A stretch of 64,000 nucleotides of DNA from assembly GCF_000711695.1 (NCBI RefSeq), contig NW_013547020.1, positions 310,001 to 374,000 of the forward strand, read 5' to 3'. Shown piece by piece: positions 46,999 through 60,606 of the stretch. The notes below the pieces were generated by a model. That model saw only the letters and a program-made list of their open reading frames with translations, was not told the DNA's origin and made no database searches. Both the position numbers and the translations under genes were made by a program. Positions within the stretch are counted from its first letter, which is position 1, and every line of letters starts with the position of its first letter. Source of the stretch: Tilletiaria anomala UBC 951 (lineage: Eukaryota).

Positions 46999-49900
46999 AT
47001 GAGCAGCACTGATCGAGCAGAAGCGCAATTCAGACCAAGCTCGATGTCGAGAGATTCAGCGACTGACACTTCCTTGGGCGAGGGATCAAGTGTGGGGCCA
47101 GCAGACGCGGATGCGAACATGAGCATGTCTGTCACTTTCGAGCTGCCGCCAGGCGCGACTTCCGGTATGGATTCCACGTCGTCATCAACATCATCTGCAG
47201 TTGGCGCAACGGCATCGGGCTCAGTGCTTACGTTGGACACGTCTGCGGAAAGTCCAACGCTGTTGCCCATCACAGACGCCGGCAATCCGCTTATCTCGCC
47301 CGTCGTCGGCACCGCGTCTTCCGCTTCTTCGCATGACTATGCGTCGGCCGGAGAAGGCCTCTCCGAGAGCGTACACAATGGTGCAGCGTACGGGCGCAGC
47401 GGGGCTCTTGGGGTGCTAGGTAATGGCAGTAGCGCTTCTGGTCACAGCGGGCTTTCGCAAAGCGGAGCTGCTGCTGTTGGAAGTTCAGGATCTTTACGTG
47501 GAGGAGGAGGTAGCAGTGGCGGTGGAGCGAAGCCGCGCGCCGAGGGCAGCCGCCGAGGTTCCGTTTCCAACGGTGGCAGCACAAAGACGACGGAACACCC
47601 CAATGGGTCCATGTCTCGGCTCGCGAACGGCGGAAATTTGGGTCCCAGTGCGGCATCGATCGCTCTCGGTCTGCCTACCGACGACGGACACTTCAGGCCG
47701 CTCCATGAGGGAAGCACAGTCGATGCGAGAGAGTTTGTCAGGCTCACGCTGCAGAGCCTTCGAGACCTAGGATTAGAGTGAGTTCTAATAGAATCATTTC
47801 AACAGTTCGTCTTTGCGGTAACATTGCCATTCACAAATCAACAATGTCCACACAGATCAGCGGCAAAAGCGCTTGAGCAGGAATCCGGCGTGACTCTCGA
47901 ACACCCTTCCATCAATGCCTTCCGCGGCGCCGTCCTCACCGGAGACTGGCGCAATGCCGAGCGACTTCTCCTTGACGGGCTGATGTACAGCGCGTCGCGA
48001 CGGCCACATTCATCTGTGACAGTCGCGGTCACAGCCGCACAAGCAGACGGTGGAAAGAACGGTGCGCCTTCCGCGAGCAGTAGTGGCGTGATGAATGGTG
48101 TTGGGCACTCAGCAGCGCCTGCACATGCACCAGCTGTGCAAATCGAGAGCGTCTTGCGATCTCCAGAGACTAGGAATTGGGAAGTGCGTTCACTACCACA
48201 TCCTTTGCCCGAGCAAACAACATTCGAGCACATGACTGACACGTGCTACTTATGCTCTTTATTCCGCAGTACATCAAGTTTCTCATCCAGCAGCAACGAT
48301 ATCTGGAACTTTTGGAAGCCAAGCAGACTGCCAAGGCGCTTTCGCTGCTGCGACGGCGTCTGGCGCCCCTCAACTATGGTTCAGAGCGGCTGCAGCAGCT
48401 TTCGAGCTTAGTAATCTGTGCTAGCTCAGAAGAGCTGCGTGAAAAGGCACATTGGGAAGGGACAGGCGAGGCGTCCAGACGAAGACTCTTGCGGGAGATT
48501 GAAGGTGCGTTCGCAATCAACGGTGACTTTGCGTTCCCCTCAACCACATTCTCGCTGAAATGTGCTCTTATGATAACAGAGGCCATCTCACCTCTGGTCA
48601 TGCTGCCTTCGAGACGCCTTTCAACGCTCCTACAGCAAGCACAGACACTGCAGAAGCACCAGGACCCTTTCTATAACAATCCCTCCAATACCCATCTCTC
48701 ACTCTATGTTGACCACCGCTCCAACCGCTCTCATTTCCCTTCGCGCTCGGCACGTGTCTTAGAAGGCCATACGGACGAGGTCTGGGACATTGCGTTCTCT
48801 AACGATGGGTTGCGACTGGCATCTGGCAGCAGAGACCGATTCGTCATCATCTGGAGGGCCGGAGAGACGTTCGAGATTGAGCGCAAGCTTGGTCCGCACC
48901 AGGATGCGGTCCACTGCGTTGCCTGGTCACCCGACGGGGAGCTTCTCGTTGTCACTTCTGATCCGGACGTGACACTCTGGGACGTAGCGACGGGCAAGAG
49001 CAAGCGCCTCACAGAGCACATGTACCGCGTCGGCGCCGCTTGCTGGGTCCCAGACGGCTCGGGGTTTATCACAGGAGGCGAAGATGCCAAGGTGGTGTTC
49101 TGGAATCGGGATGGCAGCGTCAAGAGAGTCTGGCAGACAGCGCCATTCAGGTTGATCGCCCTTGACATTTCTGCTGACGGAAAGCATCTTGTTGCCGTTG
49201 CATTCCGGCATTCTGCACCGCCTCAGCATGCACAAGGCAGCGTTGCGAGCAACAGCAATACCTATCACACTTATCATGCTACTAGCACGTCGGGAGCGCC
49301 TATGGTCGACATGTCAGATGTTCGCTCGAGCTTGCGCTCGTCGACTTCCCCGCGCAGCTGGAGCGGCACTCCATCATCCATTTCCAGCAATGAGGCAGAC
49401 CACAACCTCGCCACTGATCTCGGAGGGGGCTCGCGAAGCATGGGTGACGAGCGGTACAAGATCGTTTTCTTTGACTTGCATCGGCACGTCGAGACTGGCT
49501 CGATCTACATGGCAGAGGAGATGAGCTCGGTTAAGATCAGCGAAGACTCGCGATACGCATTGATCAACCAGCGACCAAACGAGGCCAGGCTGTGGGACAT
49601 TGAACATCAAAGCATGGTGTCCCGCTATTTTGGCCATCAAATGACGAAGCACATCATTCGTAGTTGCTTTGGCGGCGTGGACAAAAGCTTTATCATTAGT
49701 GGTAGCGAAGGTGAGGCACTGACCCAATTATCTCAATTCTATAAACGTTTGATCTAACCGTCCATTGCCCGCCTCGCAGATGCCACAATCTACATGTACC
49801 ACCGCGCGTCTGGCCGACTGTTAGAGAAGCTCGAAGGTCATGGACCGGGCTGTATCAACTCAGTTGCTTGGCATCCAACGAACGCAGCGATCCTGGCATC

Positions 49901-50162
49901 GTGCAGCGATGATCGGACAGTGCGGATATGGGGACCCGGGACATCCCAATCCGGTTACGCACGCATCCATTCCACCTCCATCTCCACTCGGCCCAAAGTA
50001 AGGGAGGAGCGGCAGGATGGTAGCGAGGATTCGTCGAATGGTCCGACGCCGTTTCCGTGGGCTATGTCACCGGCCCCACAAGCTCCTGGCTCACCATTCT
50101 TCCCGACTGTTCAGCCGTCATCTGACAATGAAGATGACGAGGCGATGGAGGAGGCCATCTGA
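46999..50162 (+). CDS. LisH/CTLH + WD40 protein, WDR26/Gid7-like subunit of the GID/CTLH E3 ligase
   Basis: REFVRLTLQSLRDLG...ALEQESG (LisH), FRGAVLTGDW and FLIQQQRYLELLE (CTLH), WD repeats GHTDEVW...GSRD and IIRSCFGG. Introns 47778-47855, 48184-48269, 48505-48579, 49711-49779. True start may lie upstream. Confidence 0.85.
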
Positions 50163-50333
50163 GAACATGTCACAAGTTTTAATTACATGCCCCCATACTC
50201 CCTCGCACACGCATTCAATATCGCCTGATGTTACATACATTTTCTTGTATGATATACGCAATCACCAGCACAGCACACCAATCACCACAACCCATATCAA
50301 CAATCTAACCTCAGGCGTACATTGCAGAATCGA

Positions 50334-53039
50334 TTATAGTTCGTCGACATCCCTGCGAACCCGCCCTTCGCTTTTTCCTTCCTGACCCTGGTCATGCTCA
50401 CGTGCGCCACCAGCGGCTGCGTAGTGCTTTTCAACGCGTTCATAGAGCGTCTGCTCTCGGAATTGCGGCGCCATCGTGCCACCGGCTGTGCGCAGGTCAT
50501 TTGCATCGAATGTAACATCAACGCCGTCGAATTCTTGCGCCTGCTGCCGTTCCTCCGCTGGATCGATGCCGAGCACCCGCATGAACAGTTCGGACATGAC
50601 CTTCATGCGCTCGTGCGCGGACGCCACGTCCGACTCTTCTTCTTCTGCTGCTGCTTTCCTCTTCACGGTGGCTTGCTTTTGCAATGACTGGGTGCCGGGA
50701 GGCTTCTTGCGCCGTTGAAGCAGCACATGCCGATCCCGCTCCATCATCTGCGTCAGCTGTGCGCGAAGCTGCGTTTCCAAATGTTCCCACTGCTCCCGCT
50801 GTCCCGGGGGCTCGCGCTTGCCTGCTGCTCCACCCCCAGCCCCAGCCCCAGCACCGCCGCCTTTCGCTTGGCGTTGCCGCCGGATGGATGCGAGATCGGT
50901 GGGCTCGATCTTGATCTCAAGCATCTCGTGGCCCTCTGGTGCTGCAGCGCCCTGCGCGATCGCCTCTTGCAGGAGGGTGTCGAGCCCGAGCGCTTCCAAC
51001 TGGTCCGAAGGGATGGTCATAGTGTCCAGCACAATTGCGCCGTTCTCATCGATGCGCATGACGAGCAGCGCTTCATCAGGGTACTGATGATGCACTTCGC
51101 TTTCCTGCTGGGATGGACTGGGCACTTGCGCCTGACCATCCTGGGGAGATCCTTTCTGCGCACCCCTCTCTTGCCCGTAGGATCCCTTGCCCTCCTCATG
51201 TGCTTGCCCCAACGCCTCTTCATGGGTATTTCTGCGCTGCTCCTTCTCCAATCTGAGCTGCTCCTGTTCCGCATCTGCCGCACCCAGATCTTCAGCAGCG
51301 GAAGCCACCGATCCGATGCTAGGCGCCACTTTTCTGCTGCCACCCACCTTTGCGTTCATCCCTGAGGCAGTAGCGCCAGCAGCGGGCAGCGGGACCCAAT
51401 CATCCGCAACGATGGGCCGACAGTGGATCTCATTGACGTGCTCATCCTGACCGACGAGGAATGCGGGCTCTTCGCACAGGCGTGGCGTCTCGATGACAAT
51501 GACATAGTTGCACGTCGTCACCTCTTTGATTAGAGCGATACGTTCCTTTGCTTTGCGATTGCAGTGGTACTGGAAGGCGAGCGGCCAGGATATTGAAACT
51601 TCAATTCATAAGAGCGCGCCAATTGTACAGACCTCGATGCGGCTGCTCACCTGAACCTCAGTCATACGCGGCTCTCCGTTGACCTTGCAGCGTGTGCCGT
51701 CGGTCCAGGGCTGCGCGAGATAACGCTGCTCCTCGCCTGCTCCAAAACGGGTGACCTCCATCAGCTCCGTTCCTGACGCTGCACTTGTCGCTTCCGACGT
51801 GCGATCGTGCATGATTGCTGCGGCAGGCTCGTCCTTGGCGAGCTTGTGGGAGGAACCGTCCTCGATGGTCCCCTTTCGCACCTCCCTGCGCCTTCGCGGA
51901 TGTTCATCGTCTGAACGGCCTCGCTCCCATTCGGTGAAATGCAACTTGGTCCCCGCGATGGTCTCCACGCCTCGATTCCATCGACCCAGCACGTACGCAT
52001 CGGAATCCTTGTCTTCAATCGGTTCCTGTGGCGGGATGAGGGCTTTGAAGTTGGTGCCCGCCAGTTCGGACGGAAGCTTGACCTCGTAGACGATCTGCCC
52101 GTGCTCGAGTTGGCGCTCGACGATCTGCGATTGCGCCTGTCGGCGCTGTCGGCGTTGCTCCTCTTCACTCAAGGTAGAGGAGGCGCCAGCCTGGTGCGCT
52201 TTCTGCTGCTGCGTCGCTGCGACGTTGACGGCGGTGGCAGGTGGGAGCGCCTTGAATTGGCGGATACTGCGGCCGTGGCAGAAAGCGTAGGTGAACCAGT
52301 CGGCCGTCTGATATAGACAGTAGTTCTTCAGTGGTTCAAGCAGCGTGAGGCCGTGTGCAATGATGCGCTTGCGTTCTGATTCGAGTGCAGCGACTGCAAT
52401 CTCCTCCTGTCGCGCATCGGAAGTGCCAGATGCGTTGTGCAGGATTTGGTGCAGATAGGCTGATGACGAGTAGAGGGCTTCATGCGCCAAGTCTGTGCGC
52501 GGTGTTGGGATGTGGCACAAGTGCACCGTATCCCGACTACTGCGAATTAGCTGGTGCGTCCCAGGGCCACGGCCGTTTGCGGTGAGCGACGGGTTTGCGG
52601 CACATCCCTGTCCCGCAACAAGTGCCGCCTCAGCGGTAGGAGCACGAAGGGATAGGTCGGACGATGAGGCTTGCAGAAAATCTAAAGCGCTAGCATTGCG
52701 AACGGGATTCTGGTCATCGTAGATGATCTTGAATGCTGGCTGGGCGTACAGGTCTTCTGGAAAGCGCTGCGAGGATAGGCCGGACCCGCGACCGGGCCTT
52801 CCCAGCCGTAGGTGAGAGAAGGCGTGCCGAGAATGCTGATCCTCTCCGGAAGCGGACCCCTGCTCCTGAGTCTGATGCCCGAAAGTGTGCTCGTCGGATG
52901 GCTGTCCAGTGGTCGTCTCTGCCGACCCCCCCCTCGCTGTAACGCTAAGCTGGGCGAGGAACGCTGCCACAAGGAACGCGACGAGGAACACCGTCCTTGG
53001 GCCCCGCAGGCCGCGGCGCTGTACTCTCGCACGGTTCAT
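50334..53039 (-). CDS. YOS9: ER lectin OS-9/Yos9 (MRH/PRKCSH domain), ERAD
   Basis: Signal-like hydrophobic stretch, CLY...WFTYAFCHG..IRQF, W.DGTRC...PR.TEVQ|YHC, E.TTCNYVIVIETPRLC, C-terminal ER-retention-like VDEL. Intron 51570-51650. Confidence 0.88.
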
Positions 53040-53480
53040 TGTGTTGCCAAGTGCGCCCGAATCATCGTCTGTGCGGAAGTTTGGTACGCCTGCGACTGAC
53101 CGTGGACGCCTCTGCCCGTATCGGATGCCAGACTGAAGGCTGCTTTGCTTGTATGTATAGAAGTAGCCATGTAGCTTGGCGGTTTGACTCGATGGATGTG
53201 GGAACAGAATCGGTGACTTTCGCCTAATAAGTTGCCGATCACGTGCCGTTTTTCTTCGGCAGTGTCGGCAGACGGACAGCGACAAGTGGAGTTGGAGCAG
53301 ACTTGGCTCATCGTGTGGCAGTGTTCCCTCGAAGCATCGAACAAACGTCACCGTCTCCCGACCTCGTCGATAAGGGCGGACAGAAATAGGTATGACCCTC
53401 GGACGGAGAGCAGGGTCCCTCGTACTAGATAGTAGAGAAGCGATCCCACTCCTGAGGGTTCGGCTTTTGATTCAACCGAC

Positions 53481-55371
53481 ATGGCGCTCGATCCGCAACT
53501 GTACACGCTGCACTTTGCGCGCCGTCTACGGCAGCAGGACACAGTCGATATCGTGAGTGTCACGCTGCTGGCTTCGCCGGCAGGTAGGGATAGCTCTTCG
53601 TCCTCAGTGCTGACCGGATCAGCCGCTTCTCTGTCATCAGGTCGAGGCATCGTCGAAAGACACTTCGCACCCCCTCTACATCCGACAGAGAGCGCGACGG
53701 TCACCAATCTACGACACCATCCTGCTTGATGGCCTACTCGACCAGCCTCTGGCATCCGTCTCCTCCGCCTCGTCCTCCAATCGAACCAAATTAATCAAGC
53801 TGCACTATCCGGAATCCTCGACGCAGCTTCAAAAGCAAGGCCTAACGTTCGCGCAGGAATGGAGGTTCCAGTGGGAGGGCTCCACGTACGCTTGGAAGCG
53901 CGAGTCGTCATTCGGCGGGGGCGGGCCAGGCAAGAACGAGTATAGTTGCTGGGCGATACGCACGCCCGATCCTAACATATGGATCAGCATCTACAAGCCT
54001 ATTATAGGTGGTGTGAGACGCAAGGGTGGAGCCATCCCGAACGGTGTGGACAACGGCAGCAAGCAGCGGCAAGAGCCACTGTCCGCCGTTGAGGCATTCA
54101 TGCAAGTCCTCGATCACAATATTGCACGCATAGACCCAGCCGTGCAAGATCGCAAAGGGCTCGAGATCGCCATGCTCATGGCCCTCTGCTCGATCCTTGA
54201 CCAGGATTACGATGAGAAGTACCGAGATCCGTCGGAGAACATGTACTTGTCCACCACGCCCTGTGGCTCCGGGAGCTTGGGCGCGCAAAGCGCCGGTGCA
54301 AGCAAAGATGCTGATAAGAAGGGTCTCGTTTCCAATGTGGATTCTCTATTGCTCAAAGGCAGGCAGCACTCATTTGGTGGTAGCTCAGATGGCGTCGAAG
54401 TGGGTCCGCATGTGCCATTGCGCCTCGGCAGACGAGCTAACTAACAAGTCTTCCCTCCCCGTCAGACGTCTCCGAACGAGATTCATATCAAAGCGTGGGG
54501 TGAAGTTTCCGAATACGTGTCACACTGCATAACGCTCTTGCGAGATGATGGCCCTGCTCCACAGTCTTCATTGGAGCAGACATCGAATAGTCACGGACAT
54601 GGACTATCGATCATCCTCCTGAAGACTTCTTCACCAGAGACTGCGCAGAAGGCTGTCGCTGTCGCTGCGGGAGTCAAGGCTGCATTCTACCGTCTTCCAG
54701 AAGAGAAGAAGGGCAAGAATTCTGGAGAGGAGCTATTCCAATACTTACGAACGGAGGATGTGCCTCGTGCTGGCCCTTCGTCATCAGCGGACGGCGACGC
54801 AGCGGCAGCGTTGTCATCACCATCGAGAGCGAGCAAGCCAGGTGGGCGGCCCATTATCAAGCTGAACGCGCCGCCGCCCGGCCCACCAGCCCCTCCCAAG
54901 CCCAAACCGGAGCCGTCCAAAGTGCATGGGAGCACTGCGAATGCATCGTACATTCCGCCCTCGTCCCTGACGATCTACCTCTCGAAAGAACGAATAGCAG
55001 AGCTCGAGCCGAAAGGCCAGCCTGCACCGCGTATACCGCCGAAGGGGTACTCTACAGCAGGAGCAAAGTCGCCGTCAGCGCCAGCGCAGCACTCACCACC
55101 GAAAGCGTTCGTGCCGTCCGGTCACCGGCCGCCGCTTGCGGCTCTGCCGTTCGGCTACGGCGTAACCGACAGCAGTGGCTCACCGATAAGCACGGGAACA
55201 AGCGCGAGCACGAACATGACAATGGGTATGCAGCTGGGTGGCCCATTTCGCCCGCACAAGAGTTCGTCGCGGCCTGCCAGCACAGGTGAGCCAGCGTCAG
55301 AGGAAGCGGGCAGCGGAGTTAAAGACGGGCTCAAGGGGAAGTTATTTGGCAAGCTGGGCATCAAGAATTGA
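53481..55371 (+). CDS. Hypothetical fungal protein with Pro-rich C-terminus, 3 exons
   Basis: Introns 53553-53640 and 54400-54465 join three open frames; globular-looking core (EWRFQWEGSTYAWKRE, RTPDP, DRKGLEIAML). Confidence 0.75.
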
Positions 55372-55799
55372 GGCCTGTGGATGCCGTCCATTGTTTATTC
55401 CTTGTCTCCTGCGCATCATTTAGCTCTCACTCGTGTATCAGCGCACAACTCCAGCTTGCACATTTCGTTGAGGGTGGCGTTAAAGTCTGTTTGGATTTTG
55501 GATACCGTGAGGTATGGGCAAGCCAAAAAGGAGCAGTGCATCGGGGTTGGGGACGTCCAGTTTCCAGGCACCCACCTCTTTTTTGGCTGTCGCTGCAAGT
55601 TCTCCAATTCATCTGTCAGGCCGGCTCGCATGCTCCTCTATCAAGCGAGGCCATACATCTCTAACGGGTCTGAACATCAGCTTCCGCTGGCCAACGGCTT
55701 CCAAGCCTACCGTGCGAAGCGTGCATAGGCCTTTCGGAGTCGTGCAGCGGAGTCGGAGGCGCCAGCGCAACGCTCGGCCACCGAGCACGGTACCCCCAG

Positions 55800-58383
55800 T
55801 TGCTTGCCCAACCATCCGCGGGGGAGAGGGGATCGTCTATCGGCTGCGAAGCTGTGGATCAGCTACGCGCGGGTCAATGGATTCGTACGAGATGCGAGAG
55901 CTTCGGCCGTCAGTTTCAAGTAAAGGGCCCCGGACTGGAAGGACTGGTCGCAGAATTAGAGCAGAAAGCGGCACAGCCAAGCTCGTCAGCGTTGTCGGAG
56001 CTCACGGCCGACTCGGCGCAGAAAAGCACACCGAAGTTATCTGCAGCTCTCAACAGAAGCGCCTGCGTTAAATGGGGCTCCACCCAAGACCAAAGCCAAA
56101 TACGTGTCACTTCTACAGCGCTGCGAGCTTTGCCATCAGAGAAAAAGCAATTTCTCCTGTGACACTATGCAGCGGCTGTGAGCTGGAAACCACCGCTATA
56201 CAAGGTGCGAAAACTAAAGCTTGCATGCGAAGCACAAGGCCCCAAGCTAGGACAGCTAGTTGCAGCGTTGGACCAACGAGCGGCACAGCAAGCTCATTCA
56301 GGTCATCGCACCGGACCGTGAACAAGGCGCAGACTTGGTCAAGGCGAAGCAGAACATGAAGACAGTCGATGCCACTGCCCATGGTCCCACTCCACCCCGG
56401 CCAATGGAGGCCATGGATCCGTCAGAACACGCCAGCGGCGTGTTGGACAGCAGGCCTACAGATACTTGCACGCCACCGCTTCAATCTAAGTACGCGAAGC
56501 TGCACCTTACACGGCGCTGTGAACCTTGTCGTCAAAATAATTATTCACCCTGCTGCGCTTTGCAACGGCTATAAGCGGGCGACTGGCGTTGCATGCGATG
56601 CGCGACCCATCACCTGTAATGCTTGGTCAAAGGGCAGAAACTAACCCCGCTGGTTGCGAAATGGGAGCAGTGGAGGGTTCTTCATCAGACCATGGAGACG
56701 GCACACGACGGCAGACCACAAAGGTTGGATATACCCACAGCGGCGAGTCCTTCAAGCAAAGCTTCACAGGCTGCCGCGAGGTCCGAAGACTCTCGGCAGG
56801 TTGGTTTGTCTCCACTTCCAAACTATGGAAGCTTGATGGCAGGAAAACTCTTGCCGTCGACAGCTTTGAGATCCGCATGCGCGTGTTCAAAAGAACCTTG
56901 TAACGAAGTGAATTCACAAGCTCTCCAAGCTGCAATTACAAGGTTTCCTGCGCAACCGATCGAGCTCTTGCCGAGGCCATCTGCAGCTGGCGCGCAAGCT
57001 AGCCAAACAAGCCAAACAAGAACCCTCTCAGACAAATCAGAGCCTTCTCGTGCGTCTTCGGAAGCAAATGTCCGACTCAGATGTCGCAGCCTAGCATTGG
57101 GTGCCAGTCACCTTTTTGGCTTGGGGCTCATCCCATACTAGCGCTCTGTCCCGGGCACAAGGTCGCAACGTCGAATCTGTGGAGCACTTCAGTTATCCTA
57201 TTTTCCCGCTGCTTGGAGACTCGTTTTGGGGCCAGATTTTAAGAAACGAAGTGATTGCCGCCCCAAGTTCGAACGGAAATGGTCTTGGCATGCCCGATCT
57301 GAACTTGTCGCTCATGATGCAGTCATTTTGCGCCTTCATAGCTGATTAGTCTACCTATCATTCTCCGGCTCTTTGCGGTATTTAGTCTCGCTGGTCATCC
57401 TTCAAATACTTGTTTCGTTCAGAGGCCCCGCTTTCGACGAATGCAGAGCCGCTGCCCGGCATGCTAGTGCTCGCCATCTTCTGTAACAGAATGAGTAGCC
57501 TTCTCCACTCTGACTGTTGCTTCGAGTTGCAGCACCGTCTCGCCGTTCGATTCGCACAGCTTGCCGCCAACAATCTCGCATTTGTCGACGACCTCGGCAT
57601 CGATGCTGTGCAAGCACATTGCTTGATTCGAGAAATAACACTTTCGGCCACGACCGGGACACGATGCTCGAAGCCATCAATGTAGACACACATACACCTT
57701 TTGCAATCGACTTGGTCTCCGCGCTGAGGCGCTTGCTCGCTGGGTCCTGCATCTGAAGCTACATCTGCACACAGAGGACGCTAGCACAGCTCGTAAGACC
57801 GTAATATTTTGGCTGATTACCGCATTGGACTCGCCAAGAACATAGAGCCTGGGGCGGAGGCAACTTCTCGTTTCAAGGATGTCAACCCGCTCTATCACGA
57901 CCGTCGCCAAGGAAACGGTGACTTTTTGGATGGCACGTGCGATTTGCCACTCGACGAACGCCTAAACATTGAGTCGCTGCAGATTGGGATTGCGATCGGT
58001 CAATTGCTAAAATTTTCATGGTGCAAGACCTATTCAAGAGCAAGAGCTTCATCCGCAACATCGCGATCGAAGGTGCGCAATGTGCTTATGACAAGCTCGG
58101 ATAAGTGACTTTGTACGCTGAAAGCGAGGCGAACAATGGCTTGGCGGAAAGTATCGAAATCCTCGTTACACCGATTGACAGCACGCTCCATACCTCGCCG
58201 ACACTTAAGATCTTCTGGCTGTGTGGCGGGGCCCCTCCGATCATTGGTATAGATGCGGATTGCAAAGCCATCGATGAATCTTGCGTTGCTAGTACATTCG
58301 ATTGGCATAAAGACAAGAATACAAGCGTTATTGCACACAAGTATATGTGTTCAGGTCGCTGTAGAACACACAAAAACATTTGA
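55800..58383 (+). pseudogene. Probable decayed gene; fragmented + strand frames with an internal duplication
   Basis: Chain of short protein-like ORFs broken by stops and frameshifts; diverged repeat 55886-55978 vs 56199-56291 with a 1-nt frameshift in copy 1. Confidence 0.4.
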
Positions 58384-58422
58384 TCTGTGTTTAGCGGTGC
58401 AAGCGATGCCATCGTAGCAATC

Positions 58423-60133
58423 TCACCTCCTTTCGTCTTTTACATCGTCGTCACCATCCTGACGACGCCATGGGGTTTCGTCAAGCCAACCGCCTGCATC
58501 CACATCTGGTTTGGGCTGATCCTTGTTCTGATCCTTGGAAGGAGCTGCGGCTGCGGGAAAAGTCGACTGGCTCCTATTTCGTAATGTCTCCCCGCTACTA
58601 GCCTGATCGTCATGCGTTTGAAGAGCGTCTGCTGCCTTTTCGTCTCCTCCATGCTCGTGTTCATCGCTCTTTTTATACCTTCCTGCGCTGTGTGTATTTC
58701 TCGCAGCACGCTTTGCAAAAACTCGTTCCTTTTTCCACTTGTAGCTCTTCAGCACGACGTCCGGACCCGTGCCAGTACCTGGGCCGGAGTACCACTGCGT
58801 TGGATAGCGCTTGGAGCCGAGGTTCATCCATAGAAGCGCCCAGACGAGCATGACACCGCTACTGATCATTACGACTACAATGTAGCGCCAGCCGAGGTGC
58901 TCGACGGGTGCAGAAGTCGCTGCTAGTAAAGCCGTCGCACCGCCCGGCGGGTGTACAGTGCTGCAAAACAATGTGAAATGGTATTAGGACGAGTACGTTT
59001 GCGTGTATGCTGCAATTGGGGCATACTTACTTGGTCAGGAACATGAACAGGAGCGCTGTGGCGGTTGAGCAAGCGCCAGCGACCCAGACAATATTCCAAG
59101 AATGATTCGTCAGATCGAGATTGTACTTGCTGCTCAGCTTGAACAGCTTCGTCACCACGACGCCGATGATTGCGCTGGTCACCTGCCCGCCGAGGAATGC
59201 CCATGGCTGGCCCAAAGGCGACGCAGGCGCGCCGAACAGCAGGACGCTGGATGCGCCGAAACTGCCGATGATGACAGGTGTGGTCCAGCTGCTCGGCAGC
59301 TCTTCCGGGATGTGCGCTGTATTGCGAAATGGGGTACTGCAGGTGAAGATCAACGCGATACAGCCTAAGCTGACGAACGCGCCAACCCAGGCCCAAAGCC
59401 ACGTTTCGAGCGTAGGTCCCAGGAGACGGACGAGCGGTCCCAGGATGGGCTTGGAGCTCGAGGTACGGTGACCGAGAAAGTGCGATATGAACGATGGAAG
59501 AGTGGAGAGAATGCGCTGTTCTCGTGACGAATTGGGCGCCGGTGTTTTCGCACTTTTTCCCTTTTCAATGTCTCTTTGAATTTGCCTTTGGTTCTCAGGT
59601 GGTTGCGGCGATGGCCGACGTATGGGCTGGTGAAGGTTCGGCGCTGTGCCATAGTAGTAGTGCGGATCTCGAAAAGCTGCTGCTGCTGGTGCAACCCTTC
59701 CCCTGCGCGACTGAGACCGGGAGCGAGACTTCGACAGATGTTTTGGGCTGTAAGCATGCGTGCGCGCCACTGGGTCGTACGAGTGGCCATTTGGATTGAC
59801 GGCCACCGTTGCTGGCGACTCGTCAAAGCTGCCCCAAACGGTCCTACTCTCGCTGTGCCACCGTGTCGCTGACGGCGGTGCACGAGCGTCCAATTCGGCC
59901 GCATGGTGCATGATTGGCATGCGAGACTGTCCAACGAAGGATCCGCGTGATGTCGATCGTTCGGAAATCCAGGACGGAGCGTCAGGAGAATGAGACGCGA
60001 AGCGGGTTGGCGTGTGCGGTTGGCGTGAGGGGTGACGCATCCCGCTGCTCATCGAGCCTTCTCGTGGCTCCATATTCGCGCTTGCGTTCGCACTATGCCC
60101 CTCTTCCAGGGCAGGTGGCGGTATGAAATACAT
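58423..60133 (-). CDS. HPP-family integral membrane protein
   Basis: IIGSFGASSVLLFGAPASPLGQP and N|TVHPPGGATALLA. Intron 58961-59030. Start ATG 60133 or a nearby downstream ATG. Confidence 0.9.
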
Positions 60134-60563
60134 TCTGTCAAAGCCAGGACGAGCGCATCATAACTTGTACTCCGCAATGTTGGCAGCCAATGGTTGACGA
60201 CTCGCCGTGTATTTTAGGAACGAGACGGTCGAATCTGTATGCAGAGCAGAATACGGGTGGTTGCAGGTAGACTCTTGGAATCGCTTCACTCACGACCGCA
60301 GTCCTTGTTGAAGCAAGCAGGATTGCTAGGGTCAGTAGGAATCAGGGCAAGGCTTTTTGCGGGGACAATGGATGATGAGAGGACTTGATTGACGTGATCG
60401 GAGCGAGTTGGGCGGCGATTTCGCCTCCCAAAAGGCAAAGTTAAACGAAACCTAGACCACACCATGATCCGTTCAGTCACGGGCCTTTGTCTCTCTCTTT
60501 ACTTGTCTAGTAGCGCTCATCCATTTCCTCGCGGCGCCCGAGCAGCAGCTGCCGCATACTTAC

Positions 60564-60566
<3 letters not shown>

Positions 60567-60603
<37 letters not shown>
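60567..60603. repeat. (AT)18 microsatellite
   Basis: Perfect AT dinucleotide run. Confidence 0.95.

Positions 60604-60606
<3 letters not shown>

Noticed and set aside
56641..56648. CTAACCCC as a telomerase template
   Set aside because: Does not complete CTAACCCT, and lies within the putative pseudogene.
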